Positions 38,689-51,890 of a stretch of DNA of 64,000 bases are shown piece after piece (the stretch's first letter is position 1; every line of letters begins with the position of its first letter). The DNA lies in contig OX597821.1 in NCBI GenBank assembly GCA_951406725.2, positions 38,626,001 through 38,690,000 on the forward strand. The letters run 5' to 3'. The translations under genes and the position numbers were made by a program. The stretch comes from Octopus vulgaris (Eukaryota). The notes under the pieces were generated by a model. It worked only from the letters and a program-made list of their open reading frames with translations. It was not told where the DNA came from and did no database searches.

Positions 38689-39709
38689 ATATATGTATAT
38701 ATGGGTGCTTTTTACAAGTATATATGTATATATAAAGCAAGAAATATAATGTGTTTACGTATGAATACCTGTAAAATACATATGTATATGTGTATGAGTA
38801 TGTGGGTAGTGTGTAGGTGTGTGATGATGGTGGTGGGTGGTGGTAGGTGTTAGAAGGAAGCCAGCTAAATCGAGGAGGGGAATTAAACTGTTGACAAATG
38901 CATTTTAGAATAGAAATGAGAATAATTTCATGGTTTCCCTGATATTACTTACCGAATGAGAAATAGTAAGTTGATATATACTGGAATGAAATTAAATGGA
39001 ATCCAGTTTATGAGGTGTTTGCAGAACCATTTACTCTAAATGGACTCATGCTAGTGCTAATTTCTTGCTATTAACTGTCAGTTCACTTTAATTCTGCGGA
39101 ATGATCTGGAAAGTTGGTAGAATTTAATTGAGCTAGTTTGGATCATATCAACAATGTACCCATGAAAGACAAAGTTAGGATGGAAATATTTACTGATTTA
39201 TGAAGCTATCTGTTTTAAATTTGAGCTATATAATTTATCTGATTCTTGATACAGCAACAAAGATTCTTGTGATAATCTTTATCGTTGTTGATCACAATAA
39301 AGTCAGATTGGAAATTCAAGCAGTCATCTTTGGTGTATCTAAATCATTTCTGTTCGCTGCTGGTCCTCACTATTTCACTCCTGATGCCCATAATCATCTG
39401 TATAAGCAAGCATACAGCTTATATTATTATATTTTACGATTATTTTGAAAACTACCTGGTTGTTGTTAGATGGTTTAATCCCTTTGAGACCAAACCACCT
39501 GAGATCACCCCAGTTCTAGGATACAAACTTTGGTTTTAAAGTGATCTAAATCAAAACCTTATGTGAAAATTCCAAATTCTATTTGACAAGTTTCAGAAAC
39601 AAATGAAAGCGCTAATAATAATGAAGAAATAAAAAGATTTTTTTCCAAAATTCTGACAACCTTTTTTCTCAGTATTCAATTTCTGTACACCACACATAAC
39701 ACTCTATAC

Positions 39710-39753
<44 letters not shown>

Positions 39754-39871
39754 GTGTGTGTGTGTGTTATAATTTAGAACAAACAGTAAAAAGTTGTCAT
39801 TATACTACTCGGAGTTTCGAATGCTGGAGCGAAGAGCTTCAGTGCATTCTTTTGTTGTTACTTTTATTATC

Positions 39872-39910
<39 letters not shown>

Positions 39911-39917
<7 letters not shown>

Positions 39918-39936
39918 TGTATACGTATAATGTGTG

Positions 39937-39971
<35 letters not shown>

Positions 39972-40096
39972 GGAGAGAGATAGAGATAGATAAGTTGATA
40001 GATAGATTGATATAGATATAGGCAGATAAGTAGATAAATAGATAAAACACAAATACATAAGATATACATATATGTATATATATATGTATACGTATA

Positions 40097-40177
<81 letters not shown>

Positions 40178-40247
40178 TAGGTTGATAGATAGATTGATAT
40201 AGATATAGGTAGATAAGTAGATAAATAGATAAAACATAAATACATAC
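39911..40247. repeat. Tandem duplication of a ~170-bp microsatellite mosaic
   Basis: TATGTATACGTATAAT-(TA)n-(GA)n-GATAGATA.GTTGATAGATAGATTGATATAGATATAGG.AGATAAGTAGATAAATAGATAAAACA occurs twice. Confidence 0.85.
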
Positions 40248-40458
40248 TATATATATATATATATATATAAGTAGGTGAATGAATTATCCTATGTTTATGG
40301 TCGGCATGGAAAATTCGTTTAACCGAAACCTGGGTAGCAAATTCATGGTTGAAGTGACCTGTCAAGGGTAGAAACTCCGGGTTCATGTGCAGAAATTTGT
40401 GTGTTGTATATGAATAAATGAAAGAATGGAGTCGAACGAAGATGTTAACAAAATTCCT

Positions 40459-40546
40459 TTACTCTCGACATATGTTTTGAAGACAGCATGTTTTCATTCC
40501 AAAGGAATAAAGGGTGCATTATGCAATCTTCTCATCAGGAAAGCAA
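40459..40546 (-). ncRNA. Type-I hammerhead ribozyme relic with long stem II, inside a (TA)n-flanked element (~40270-40660)
   Basis: Minus: ttgctttc-CTGATGA-gaagattgcat...atgctgtcttc-AAA-ACATATGT-C-gagagtaa. It has an 8-bp stem I, ~11-bp stem II, palindromic stem III and a GUC site; the core G12 is changed to A. Confidence 0.7.
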
Positions 40547-40660
40547 GGTAGTCTCTCTCGACAACAAGACAAACAAAAATTTCGATGATTTCCTACATGG
40601 TAAACAAAGCGATAATGAGTGCTTTTTTAAAAAAACTGTTAGAAGAATTGACGTCGAAGT

Positions 40661-40692
<32 letters not shown>

Positions 40693-42992
40693 TTCATATA
40701 TCATCATCATCATTATCATTTAATGTCCATTTTCCATGAAAGCCTGGATTAGATGGTTTGACAGGAGCTGGTGATTCGGGGTGGGGAAAGGGGCTGTGCC
40801 AACCTCCACTGTCTGCTTTGGCTTAGCATTTGCAGCTGGGTGCCATATCTAATTCCAACAACTTTTCTCCACATAAAAACTTCATGATGTTGTCAAATAT
40901 GCGTTACTGGCCAACATTACTCCTCTAAGGAATAATAAGGGTGTGAGATTTATGGCCCCTTGTGTTTAAAAAGTCATCACTTTAGATATAATTTACATGC
41001 TCATTATTTTCCAGGGAAGTACTGCTTTTATTTAGTTGGCCCCTAATCAGCAGGCTTATGACCACAGTCATATCAGCCATGACCATCTTGTCTTTTTGTC
41101 AGCAATAGTGTATAAAGAGTTAAATTAATTAATGTGTGCTCAACAGTGGGACAGCATTGGAGGGATATTCAACAATTATTTCTAGCAAGTCAACTGAGGG
41201 AGTAGATCTCAGATCATCAGAGAATTTCATATGAAATAAACCAGGATCTTATTTTGGGTAAATATTTGTCTTTTATCTTATAAAAGCTTGAAGCCTCATT
41301 AGTCCCATAATTTCAGAGCCCTGTCCAATAGAGGACTTGATCTCAGAACAAGTTGATGCAACACTAGCCAGATTTATATTGCTCCTCCTGCTTATAGTAT
41401 CCTGTAGTTTCTAGCATCAGCTAGACATGCTAAAATATTAATTGATGGACACAATACATCGTTGGTAAGAGCAGAAGAACTGCCAAACTTTGAAATTTAC
41501 TCTCTGTTCTCTTGTTGATAATCTATCTATTGTCAGATGATCGAATCAATAACTTGAATTTTCCTTATCAAAATTGTCCATCAATAGCTGATAAGACTTA
41601 TTGACTTTCAAGTGAGATCAGTGGAATCTATTATTTTGTAGACACTTTCATAGCAGAGGTTGAAATTGGTGCTGCTACTTACAATGGTAAATTATGCCTC
41701 TCTGTACATGGTCATTGAGAGTTAATTACGTTGGCTGTGGAGAGAGTTCAGCATCAATTACAGAACATGAAGTGTTAACCATTTACCTAGATGTCCAATC
41801 TGCAACTGACATTGCTACCAACAGGTCTTTGAGAAAGAAAATGGAAGCAAAAAGCAAAAGACCCTAAGAAATGATTTGAATATGATCAATTATGACAAAT
41901 TTTTTTGAATTAATTATGAAGATTAGATTCCAGGATTTTGTTTTGAGCACAATAACTGGCAATATTGAAATATTTCACAATTTAATATAATGAAAAAAAA
42001 GCAAAAACATCTATAACAAAAATAAAAACAAACTACAACAACAAGAACAACTTCAGGAACACTATAGTGTATGATAATATTTTTCATCTGATTTGAAATT
42101 TCTAATAAAAGAACATTTATGATTCTCTTTTGTGCTATAATGTGATATTAGATAAGGAATGCTGTTTAAGATTTTATCAAACTTAGTAATTATGTGATAA
42201 AACTGTGATAACAAAACATAGTTTCCCATTATGTCCAGTAACACAAAGCATTGCACACAAATATTATAATGAACAGGCACAAATACACACACGCACACAC
42301 ACATACACACACATGCATGCACACCACACACACACATACACACACTTGGAAGTATAATTTCATGCATTGTTTCTTTCACCCCTTTCTCTCCTACTTCCAC
42401 ATATATATACATATATTGGTGCAAGAGTGGTAAGAAGTTACCTTCTCAGCCACATGGCTCTGGGTTCAGTCCCACCATGTAGCACCTCCACCAGGTATTT
42501 TCTAGTATACACCTTAAATGGGGAACGTTTTGTGATTTAAAGAAGTCCCTTATATGTACACACACACACACACATTCAAATATGAAATAGAAGCAGTGCT
42601 AGTATTTATGAACCACACATACTTAATGTGTGTCTGACTTGTATTTGCTGGTAGGCTGTGATCTGGTCGAGGGAGAATACTCTCATTGAATGCCAGGTGT
42701 TAAAACACCTAAAAGTCATGGACAGGTGAGATAACTCACCTCTAATCCCATCTAGGAGTAATGGACATCAATGTATGCCATTTCGGTGAATTATCAACCT
42801 CTCGTACATAAACAGGGTTGGAGATAAATCATATCTCCAGTCGACAACATATGCATATCGTGTGCAAATTATGAGCAGGTATGCCTGCACAATGCAAACA
42901 TAAGAATGAATTCAAATGCAAAAGAGAAGCAGCGCTAGTCTAACGAACATTATCAATTACATACTAAAAATTGCTAAATATATTTATACATA

Positions 42993-43126
<134 letters not shown>

Positions 43127-43241
43127 TATATAAGGGAATTGTTTATATATCAAAGAAAGTATATAAGCTGAAACAAATTTTGGCATTTGGATGTTTTAAT
43201 AATTGTTTATGTTATCTTATATCATGTTATATTATATTCAT

Positions 43242-43733
43242 AGGCGCAGGAGTGGCTGTGTGGAGGCGCAGGAGTGGCTGTGTGGAGGTGCAGGAGTGGC
43301 TGTGTGGAGGCGCAGGAGTGGCTGCGTGGAGGTGCAGGAGTGGCTGTGTGGTAAGTAGCTTGCTTACCAACTACATGGTTCTGGGTTCAGTCCCACTGCG
43401 TGGCATTTTGGGCAAGTGTCTTCTGCTATAGCCCCGGGCTGACCAATGCCTTGTGAGTGGATTTGGTAGACGGAAACTGAAAGAAGCCTGTCGTATATAT
43501 GTATATGTATGTGTGTATATATGTTTGTGTGTCTGTGTTTGTCCCCCTAGCATTGCTTGACAATCGATGTTGGTGTGTTTGCGTCCCCGTCACTTAGCGG
43601 TTCGGCAAAAGAGACCGATAGAATAAGTACTGGGCTTACAAAAGAATAAGTCCCGGGGTCGAGTTGCTCGATTAAAGGCGGTGCTCCAGCATGGCTGCAG
43701 TCAAATGACTGAAACAAGTAAAAGAGTAAAGAG
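43242..43733 (+). mobile_element. tRNA-derived SINE (family B) with its first 22 bp repeated five times
   Basis: AGG(C/T)GCAGGAGTGGCTG(T/C)GTGG x5 at 43242-43351, followed by the normal SINE body and tail. Confidence 0.93.
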
Positions 43734-43806
43734 TATATTATGGTATATTATAAATAAATTATTGGATTGTCAATTGTATCTCTCTATTTAATTATATATA
43801 TATATA

Positions 43807-43861
<55 letters not shown>

Positions 43862-43866
<5 letters not shown>

Positions 43867-45057
43867 TTTTTACAAAGCCACAGATGCCAAACAATACCTT
43901 CTTTTTAATTCATGCCACCCAAGACACACTAAAACAAACACCCCCTTCAACCTTGCAAGAAGGATATGCACAATAGTGTCAGAACAAAATACCAGGAACT
44001 TTAGACTGCAAGAACTCAAAAACACCCTAATTGACAGACATTACCCAGCTCAACTCATAGAGGATGGGATCAGACGTGCAACAGAAATCAACATAGAAAC
44101 TTTAAGAAAAGTTCAACACAACAACACACCTTCCCCGAAAATACTACCTTACATATCTACATACAACCCCAGAAACAAAGAAGCCTTCACCATCATCACC
44201 CAGAATTTACCAATACTTCATAAGGACCCCAAATTAAAGGAAATTCTAAACATACACCAAATCATTAAAAGCTACAAACAACCTAAATCACTTAAAAAGA
44301 TTCTCACAAAGGCAAAATTGTTTTCTGAAATTACGGATGCAAAACTAAAAAATGTGGTAGATTGAACTGTGCAACATGTCCAAACCTGCTAGAAGGATCA
44401 GAATTCCTCTTCAAAGAGGGACAGAAATTCAAGATCAAATCTAACTTTACTTGTGCCTCTGAAAATATAATTTATGTCATAAAATGCTCGGGCTGCCACC
44501 AAGACTACGTGGGATCCACGGGACTATCACTCAGACGTAGATGCACACTGCATCGACAACAGATTGCATTCCCAGAATACAGAATGATACCTTTTAGTGA
44601 GCACATTGAGAAATGCGCAAAGCAACTACTACCACAATTTTTAATCTTTCCATTTTACCAATGTGCTATCGGATCATCAACACAAATTAGACTAAACAAG
44701 GAAACATTCTTCATTGAAAAGTACAAGCCCAGACTTAACCATCCCAACATACTGATACAGAGAAATTCACACCAAGGGAAAGGCAAAAATTTTAAGCGAT
44801 TATCTCCCTTACACCGGAAGAAATCACTCATTACCTCCCCTTATTTAGAACTCTTTTAAACATAAACATAACGATAACTCTGTCCAACATAAACATAACG
44901 ACGTTAGAAATTTGAAAAGCTAAACGCGAAACCGGTCTTTCTTCTAAACTATGTCATTGTAAGAAAAAAATATTTAATATTCTTCAGACATATTGACTCA
45001 AATATATATTTTTTAACCTTTAAGCCTTCTGTAGTTTTTGCACTTTTTACTATTTTC
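43862..45057 (+). mobile_element. Penelope-like element, 5'-truncated: RT thumb, GIY-YIG endonuclease and 3' pseudo-LTR; inserted in (TA)n
   Basis: TDAKQYLLFNSCHPRHTK..PFNLARRICTIVS..LIDRHYP..LPYISTYNP..QPKSLKKIL; CATCP..FTCASENIIYVIKCSGCHQDYVGSTGLSLRRRCTLHR..RLNKETFFI..PRLN (GIY-YIG). Frameshift ~44345. Confidence 0.92.
44906..44942 (+). ncRNA. Degenerate minimal hammerhead in the Penelope pseudo-LTR
   Basis: agaaa-t-TTGAAAA-gc-taaac-gc-GAA-ACCGGT-C-tttct; the CUGANGA box is mutated and stem III is palindromic. Confidence 0.55.
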
Positions 45058-45089
<32 letters not shown>

Positions 45090-45124
45090 CATGTTTTGCA
45101 TAAATAAATATGTATGTAGAGATT

Positions 45125-45550
45125 ATCATCATCATCATCATCGTCGTTTAGCGTCCGTTTTCCATGCTAGCATGGGTTGGACGGTTCTACTGGGGTCTGT
45201 GAAGCCAGAAGGCTTCATCAGGCCCAGTCAAATCTGGCAGTGTTTCTATGGCTGGATGCCCTTCCTAACGCCAACCACTCCGTGAGTGTAGTGGGTGCTT
45301 TTTACGTGCCACCCGCACAGGTGCCAGACAGAGCTGGCAAACGGCCACGAACGGATGGTGCTTTTTATGTGCCACCGGCACAAGGGCCAGGCGAGGCTGG
45401 CAACGGACACGAAACGGGGCGGTGCTGGCAACGGTCGCGAAACGGAAGGTTCTCTTACATGCCACCGGCACTGGTAACACATCAGCAATTTCCATTGATC
45501 GATTTCCATTCTGATCCTCACTTGCCTCAACGGGTCTTCACAAGTAGAGT
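45125..45550 (-). mobile_element. Family A RTE-tail element (long copy)
   Basis: (CAT)n start, conserved core and three internal modules. Confidence 0.9.
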
Positions 45551-46030
45551 ATCGACGTATATTTATATATATATATAGAATATGTATATGTTGTGGAGTG
45601 TGGCATGCAATCAAACTGTGGGCTCAGTAGTATGTTTCACACACCACTCCTATACATAATGCTTTAAGACTAGTTTGTGGAATGCAAGCTCTGTAATAGT
45701 ATCAATAAAATTCAGTAAACAAACTTGTTATTTTATGCTTTCTAAAACATACACATGTTTTGAAAAATTAACTGCCAAAATTACATAATTGCTTAGTGAA
45801 AAATTATGTAAGTTTATAAAATACCTCCTCAGTATTTAGCAAAAAATATCAAACTCTGAAGAGGTGAAGTAATAAGAATAAAAAGTGGCTCAGACTGTGA
45901 TGACTTTTTGAACCAACACCAACATAGGAAAATGGAAGTTGAATGAAGTTGATATGTATTTTTACATTATATGAGTGTGTGAGTTTGTATATATATGTAT
46001 GTATGTATGTAGGTTTCTTTGTGTGCATAT

Positions 46031-46096
<66 letters not shown>

Positions 46097-46106
46097 GTAT
46101 GTATAT

Positions 46107-46237
46107 ACCGGAGTAAGCACATGAATGTGAAACAAGGTGGAAAAAAAGAGTACCCAAATACGAGAGGTAGAGTAATATGCTTTATTTAAAAGCAGCAGAA
46201 ATATAACAAAAGCTGTTACTCAGAGTTTCACGTTCCC

Positions 46238-46240
<3 letters not shown>
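46107..46240 (-). mobile_element. Penelope-type pseudo-LTR end, same family as 49917-50060, truncated within the hammerhead
   Basis: ACCGGAGTAAGCACATGAATGTGAAACAAGGTGG...CTGTTACTCAGAGTTTCACGTTCCC matches 49918-50047. Flanked by TA-rich microsatellite. Confidence 0.85.
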
Positions 46241-46306
<66 letters not shown>

Positions 46307-46895
46307 CATGTAGAGTGATAAAGAGAGATGGGGGTGAAAAAGATACAGAGAGATGGGATACTTGTCTATATCAATGTAAAACCAAATTTTAAAAAATTCA
46401 ATTAACTGTTATCACCTGGCCTCAATCAACATACTTTACAAACACAAATCCTTAATAATATAAATCATATGCAGATGGGTACAGGAACAAAAACCCTTGA
46501 ACATATGTTAAAACATACACTAATCCCATTGCTCACATATATACAGACATGTACATACACCTTCAGATGCATATATATACACATACTTAAACACTTGTTG
46601 ATACATGCATACATGTACTTACTCTCTCATACATACATGTCTACATATACCTACACAGTTGTGCACTTCTAAAGTATAAATGTTGATTATGTACATATAT
46701 ATAAGTGCACCACTAAATGTACTGCTAGGAGAGTATACAAAGATTTTCTTAACGTAGCATCTCTGAAATGTTTATCTCTTTCTACGCATATACATATTCA
46801 TACATACATACATATGTTTATACATATATGTATATATATGAATGTATGTATGTGTGTATATATATATATATATGTTTATATATATATATATATAT

Positions 46896-46932
<37 letters not shown>

Positions 46933-47239
46933 GATATGTTTGTGTGTGTATATATATATATTTGTATGTGTTTGGGTGTATAAATATGATAAATATGTAT
47001 ATAGATGTGGGTGTTTTTGAATGGCTTTACTGTAATATTCTATTTAAAGGTGTTACATCAGAAATATGTTAATGCAGCTCCCATTGATAAAGCGGAAAGT
47101 AATATTGCAGGTGTTTGCAGAAAATATGTAAATAGAATTGTTAATGAATTAAACATATCATGTGATGTTTCTATATTATAGAGATTCAAACACACATGGT
47201 TATAAGCAACACTGAATATAATGTGTGCGTGTGTATACA

Positions 47240-47271
<32 letters not shown>

Positions 47272-47375
47272 CATACCTATATATTATTTATATATATATA
47301 TACATACATATACATATATATGTATATATATGTATATATATATATATACATATATATATGCATACCTATATATTA

Positions 47376-47416
<41 letters not shown>

Positions 47417-47509
47417 CGACATGGACAGGCAGTCTGACACACAGAAAGTGATTACAATATCATTGTGCCATTTTAAATTTTAAAATTTTCTCACTTTATT
47501 TCTAGATAA

Positions 47510-48186
47510 GATAGAATGAATTTGTAAACAACATTTTGAGAAGCCTGATGCCTCTCTTTTATCATCGTCTACCAAATGTAATTCTCCCAGGCATTTATGG
47601 TGTTTGTTTGAGTTTTGATTTGCATAATTGTTGTTGAGATGGAATAGATGTCATCAATGTTCTAAATAGCACCAGTTCATTAAGAAAACCTTTATAGCTG
47701 GAATAGATCCCCCAAGTATTGTCTTCCATTCACTCTTAAAACTGGATGTTTAATTTATCGTTACATCTCTCGTGTATCTAAATTTAAAGGATCTTGTTTC
47801 AGACATTCTCACTGATAAAAATATTGAAGCAAGTTGGTACCAAGATCTATTCCAGAAGAACATTCTTTTTCTTCCCAAAACCTATGTAGTAAGTTTCTCC
47901 TATAATCTCATTTGAAATGTTTAAGGCAGGGGTATCCAATGGATTTGGTTTTGTGGGCAGGTTTCAAGCATAAACTACATCTTGCAGGCTGATTAGGAAC
48001 AGTTACTCTAAACAACTTATTCATAACATAGACCAAAAGAAATGGAAAAATGTGTCATATGACCCACCACTGCTATACACACACACACACACGCACACAT
48101 ATATATATATACACACACACACATACACAATAATTTCATTATTATTATTATTATTATTAATATTATTATTATTATTATTATTATTA

Positions 48187-48230
<44 letters not shown>

Positions 48231-48341
48231 ACAGATAAATATATGTATACACACAAATAACACATTCATTTATATATATCATTATCATCATCATTTTCGA
48301 AAATCTGTCCATCTCTCTTTCATCATGCACACACGTGTGTA

Positions 48342-48393
<52 letters not shown>

Positions 48394-48790
48394 CTAAATA
48401 AAAGAACATAGACAAAGAAAGAGTTTAGCACATTTTCATTGGCACAATGAGGAGAGTATGTTTTGATGCAAATCTGATGTGATGCTACTCTAAAGTATAA
48501 GACTGCAAGTATTAAGTCTTCACCTGGAAGGTTTGCATGCAATGCCATTGAAAACAGAGTGATATTGAAACAATTGTTACTTGTAATTAAAGCTGTGCAA
48601 AGTGCATTCTTCTGTGTTCTTATTTGAATTATATTTCACTCTTTGCTCAAACATGTGATTCTTAGATTTTCTACACCAGCAGAATTTTTATCTTCTTTGA
48701 AACTTCTGTTCAAGAGAGAAGATAGTTTCAAGCTTGGATTGGGTGCTGCATTGGAAGTTACTCTGATTTTCTCCCCAATTAGGACCATCA
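47510..48790 (-). mobile_element. Possible decayed hAT (Charlie/GTF2IRD2-like) transposase pieces
   Basis: Minus-strand GDLF..IKGFLNELVLFRT and FRVASHQIC resemble hAT motifs; CAGGGGTATCCAA at ~47927 resembles a Charlie terminus. Interrupted by microsatellites. Confidence 0.3.
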
Positions 48791-48794
48791 TGTA

Positions 48795-48872
<78 letters not shown>

Positions 48873-48883
48873 CATTTAATGAC

Positions 48884-48921
<38 letters not shown>

Positions 48922-48998
48922 AAAATGTAATTACACATGGAGTGTTGGCAATTTTTTTCCCTCCTTCTTCCTTTTCTTTTCGACTTTCCTATGTCTCC

Positions 48999-49035
48999 TG
49001 TTTCTGAAGAAGAGCTTTGCTCAAAACGTAAAACA
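48999..49035 (+). ncRNA. Minimal hammerhead relic in a (TA)n-flanked pLTR-like piece (~48920-49130)
   Basis: tgttt-CTGAAGA-agagc-ttt-gctc-AAA-ACGT-A-aaaca; the core G12 is changed to A. Confidence 0.65.
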
Positions 49036-49148
49036 ACCACTCTTTCTTTCCTTCTCTGAGCGTCTCATTAATACTTATGTCTTCACACTGTTTTTTTTCT
49101 TGATGTCTTTACTTCTCCATTTTAAAAAAATTATATATATACATATGT

Positions 49149-49186
<38 letters not shown>

Positions 49187-49379
49187 AGGAGAAAATATTG
49201 AAATGTGCATATTTATATAGATATTATTATTGTTATCATCATCTGTGGTAAATATAAATAATTGATAATAACAACAATAATATAGGTGGTTGCAGACATT
49301 AAATAGTGTTAGATAACTATAGAAGTAAAATTTATGTTTATCAAAATGGCACATGAGGCACCTACCTGCTAGAAGTAAC

Positions 49380-49415
49380 ATCAAGCGATGGTAGGGGGGA
49401 CAAGCACAGACACAC

Positions 49416-49479
<64 letters not shown>

Positions 49480-49636
49480 AGCTTCTTTCAGTTTCCATCT
49501 ACCAAATCCACTCACAAGGCTTTGGTTGGCCTGAGGCTATAGTAGAAGACACTTGCCCAAGGTGCCATGCAGTGAGACTGAACCTGGAACCATGTGATTG
49601 TGAAGCAAGTTTCTTACCATACAGCCACTCCTGCAC

Positions 49637-49638
<2 letters not shown>
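49380..49638 (-). mobile_element. tRNA-derived SINE (family B), 5' part
   Basis: CTTCTTTCAGTTTCCATCTACCAAATCCACTCACAAGGC...CAGCCACTCCTGCACCT. Confidence 0.85.
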
Positions 49639-49676
<38 letters not shown>

Positions 49677-49680
<4 letters not shown>

Positions 49681-49905
49681 ATTTCTTTATTACACACAAG
49701 GGGCTAAAGACAGAGGGGACAAACAAGGACAGACATAGGTATTAGGTCGATTACATCGACCCCAGTACGTAACTGGTACTTAATTTATCGACCCCGAAAG
49801 GATGAAAGGCAAAGTCGACCTCGGCGGAATTTGAACTCAGAACGTAACGACAGACAAAATACGGCTACGCATTTCGCCCGGCGTGCTAACGTTTCTGCCA
49901 GCTCG
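49677..49905 (-). mobile_element. tRNA-derived SINE (family C); other copies or pieces at ~23775-23985, 36130-36260, 54816-55050 and 61794-61980
   Basis: Minus: GAGCTGGCAGAAACG (A box)...GAGTTCAAATTCC (B box)...GCCTTTCATCCTTTCGGGGTCGATAAATTAAGTACCAG (resembles the Meta-domain core). Confidence 0.85.
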
Positions 49906-50022
49906 GTATATATATATACCGGAGTAAACACATAAATGTGAAACAAGGTGGAAAAAAGAGTACTCAAATACCAGTGGTAGAGTAAAATGCTTTATTTTAA
50001 GCAGCAGAAAATTCAACAAAAT

Positions 50023-50060
50023 CTGTTACTCTGAGTTTCTCGTTGCCGTTCATCAGACAG
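50023..50060 (-). ncRNA. Minimal type-I hammerhead ribozyme (left arm)
   Basis: Exact reverse complement of 51084-51121. Confidence 0.85.
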
Positions 50061-51083
50061 TTTTTGCTAGAATGGAACATATATATTAATTCAATCTATA
50101 CTCTTACAAACGCTACATCTTTAAAAAGAAATGGACTTGTTTGATTGGCCCTTTAGAAAAAACGGTCAATCTTCGAGCGATAAACAAAAGGTCAAAAATA
50201 TATGTATATATATATAAAAAAACTTATAAAAATTATAAAATCCGAGGAAAAAACCGAGGAAAAAACCTATTGCCGTTAATGAAGACAGTACAAATTAATG
50301 CATAGAAATTAAACCTGTTATAAATACTGCAATACATATTTATATTAAAATCCACATATATATATCAACATACACAAAAGGATGCGCGTAAACGCCATAC
50401 ATACATATACAGACGTATGAATATGAATCTAAATTATACACATAAAAGCATGTGTACATATATTCACGCAAACCGTCTCGCACGCAAGCTAAAATTCATC
50501 TATGTAGCAATTCTCATATACTGAGCAAGGAGGGGGAACGAAAGAAAGGGAAAGAGAGAAAAAGGAACGAAGGAGGGGTGGGGAAAAAACTTGTAGCGAT
50601 ATTATTGCCATCTATAGAGGCCAGTATACATACACAAATACATACCGTCGTGTGTATGCGTGCTTAAGCACAAGCATACTTTCACTTACACATACACAGA
50701 TACGCATGCTTACAAATACATATTCATACGTCTGTATATGTATGTATGGCGTTTACGCGCATCCTTTTGTGTATGTTGATATATATATGTGGATTTTAAT
50801 ATAAATATGTATTGCAGTATTTATAACAGGTTTAATTTCTATGCATTAATTTGTACTGTCTTCATTAACGGCAATAGGTTTTTTCCTCGGTTTTTTCCTC
50901 GGATTTTATAATTTTTATAAGTTTTTTTATATATATATACATATATTTTTGACCTTTTGTTTATCGCTCGAAGATTGACCGTTTTTTCTAAAGGGCCAAT
51001 CAAACAAGTCCATTTCTTTTTAAAGATGTAGCGTTTGTAAGAGTATAGATTGAATTAATATATATGTTCCATTCTAGCAAAAA

Positions 51084-51121
51084 CTGTCTGATGAACGGCA
51101 ACGAGAAACTCAGAGTAACAG
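51084..51121 (+). ncRNA. Minimal type-I hammerhead ribozyme (right arm)
   Basis: ctgt-CTGATGA-acg-gcaa-cga-GAA-ACTC-a-GAGT-A-acag: intact core, 4-bp stem I, short GNRA-capped stem II, near-palindromic stem III and GUA site. Confidence 0.85.
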
Positions 51122-51153
51122 ATTTTGTTGAATTTTCTGCTGCTTAAAATAAA

Positions 51154-51215
<62 letters not shown>

Positions 51216-51692
51216 TCACACATATATATATATATACTGCAGACATCACACATGTACACACAGACATTCTCAAATTAAAATATCCAACTCCTGAAAGACG
51301 TTCAAAAAGTAATGTCTACAGCTCAAAACATCCATTTAAAAAGAAATGTGGAGATAAAAGATCTCTAAAATAAATTGAACTGAAACAAAATTATTTTTAA
51401 AAGAAAAATATGAAAAAAGTCAAAATAAATCTATGGGAATTGTTTGTTAATGGCTGGATCGATGCATAGGAATCCATAGATAAATGGCTTGAAGGAGCTG
51501 CAAGGGAAAACAACAGAGGAGCTGTACCAGAGAACCAGGAGATGTTACAGAGATTAAAGACTAGAAAATTGGAAAGCCGGAAGTTCATAGGGAATATGAA
51601 AAAGAATAACTTCACATAAAACTTTATCAAGTTTGTAATTAACATTGTATTGTGATATTACAGCTATCATTGAAGTCTCATTTCAATTCCAC

Positions 51693-51890
51693 GTTTGTTG
51701 TATTACAACCAAGAATAAGTTGTGTTCTCATGACAACCACATCTTGGCTGTTTCAATAGACCCAGCATTGAGTTGAGCTGCATCATTAGAACCACTAATC
51801 CTTGTCATTACAACTACAGCTTAATTGAATCACGACAACAGCTTTTGGTTGTATCACCCTGAGATATGACTGCAACCAGTGAGCTGTCAC
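51693..51890. repeat. Degenerate short-unit minisatellite
   Basis: Recurrent (G)TTGT..(T/G)ACAAC-like units at roughly 27-bp spacing. Confidence 0.4.

Larger units (their letters stand above)
49917..51154. mobile_element. Palindromic non-coding Penelope-type element: 436-bp inverted arms around a 293-bp spacer
   Basis: 49990-50425 is the reverse complement of 50719-51154, with no mismatch found by eye. Each arm holds a hammerhead. Flanked by (TA)n. Confidence 0.92.

Noticed and set aside
41200-41940. Possible hAT C-terminal dimerisation relic (..AVERV..)
   Set aside because: A single weak motif among many stops.
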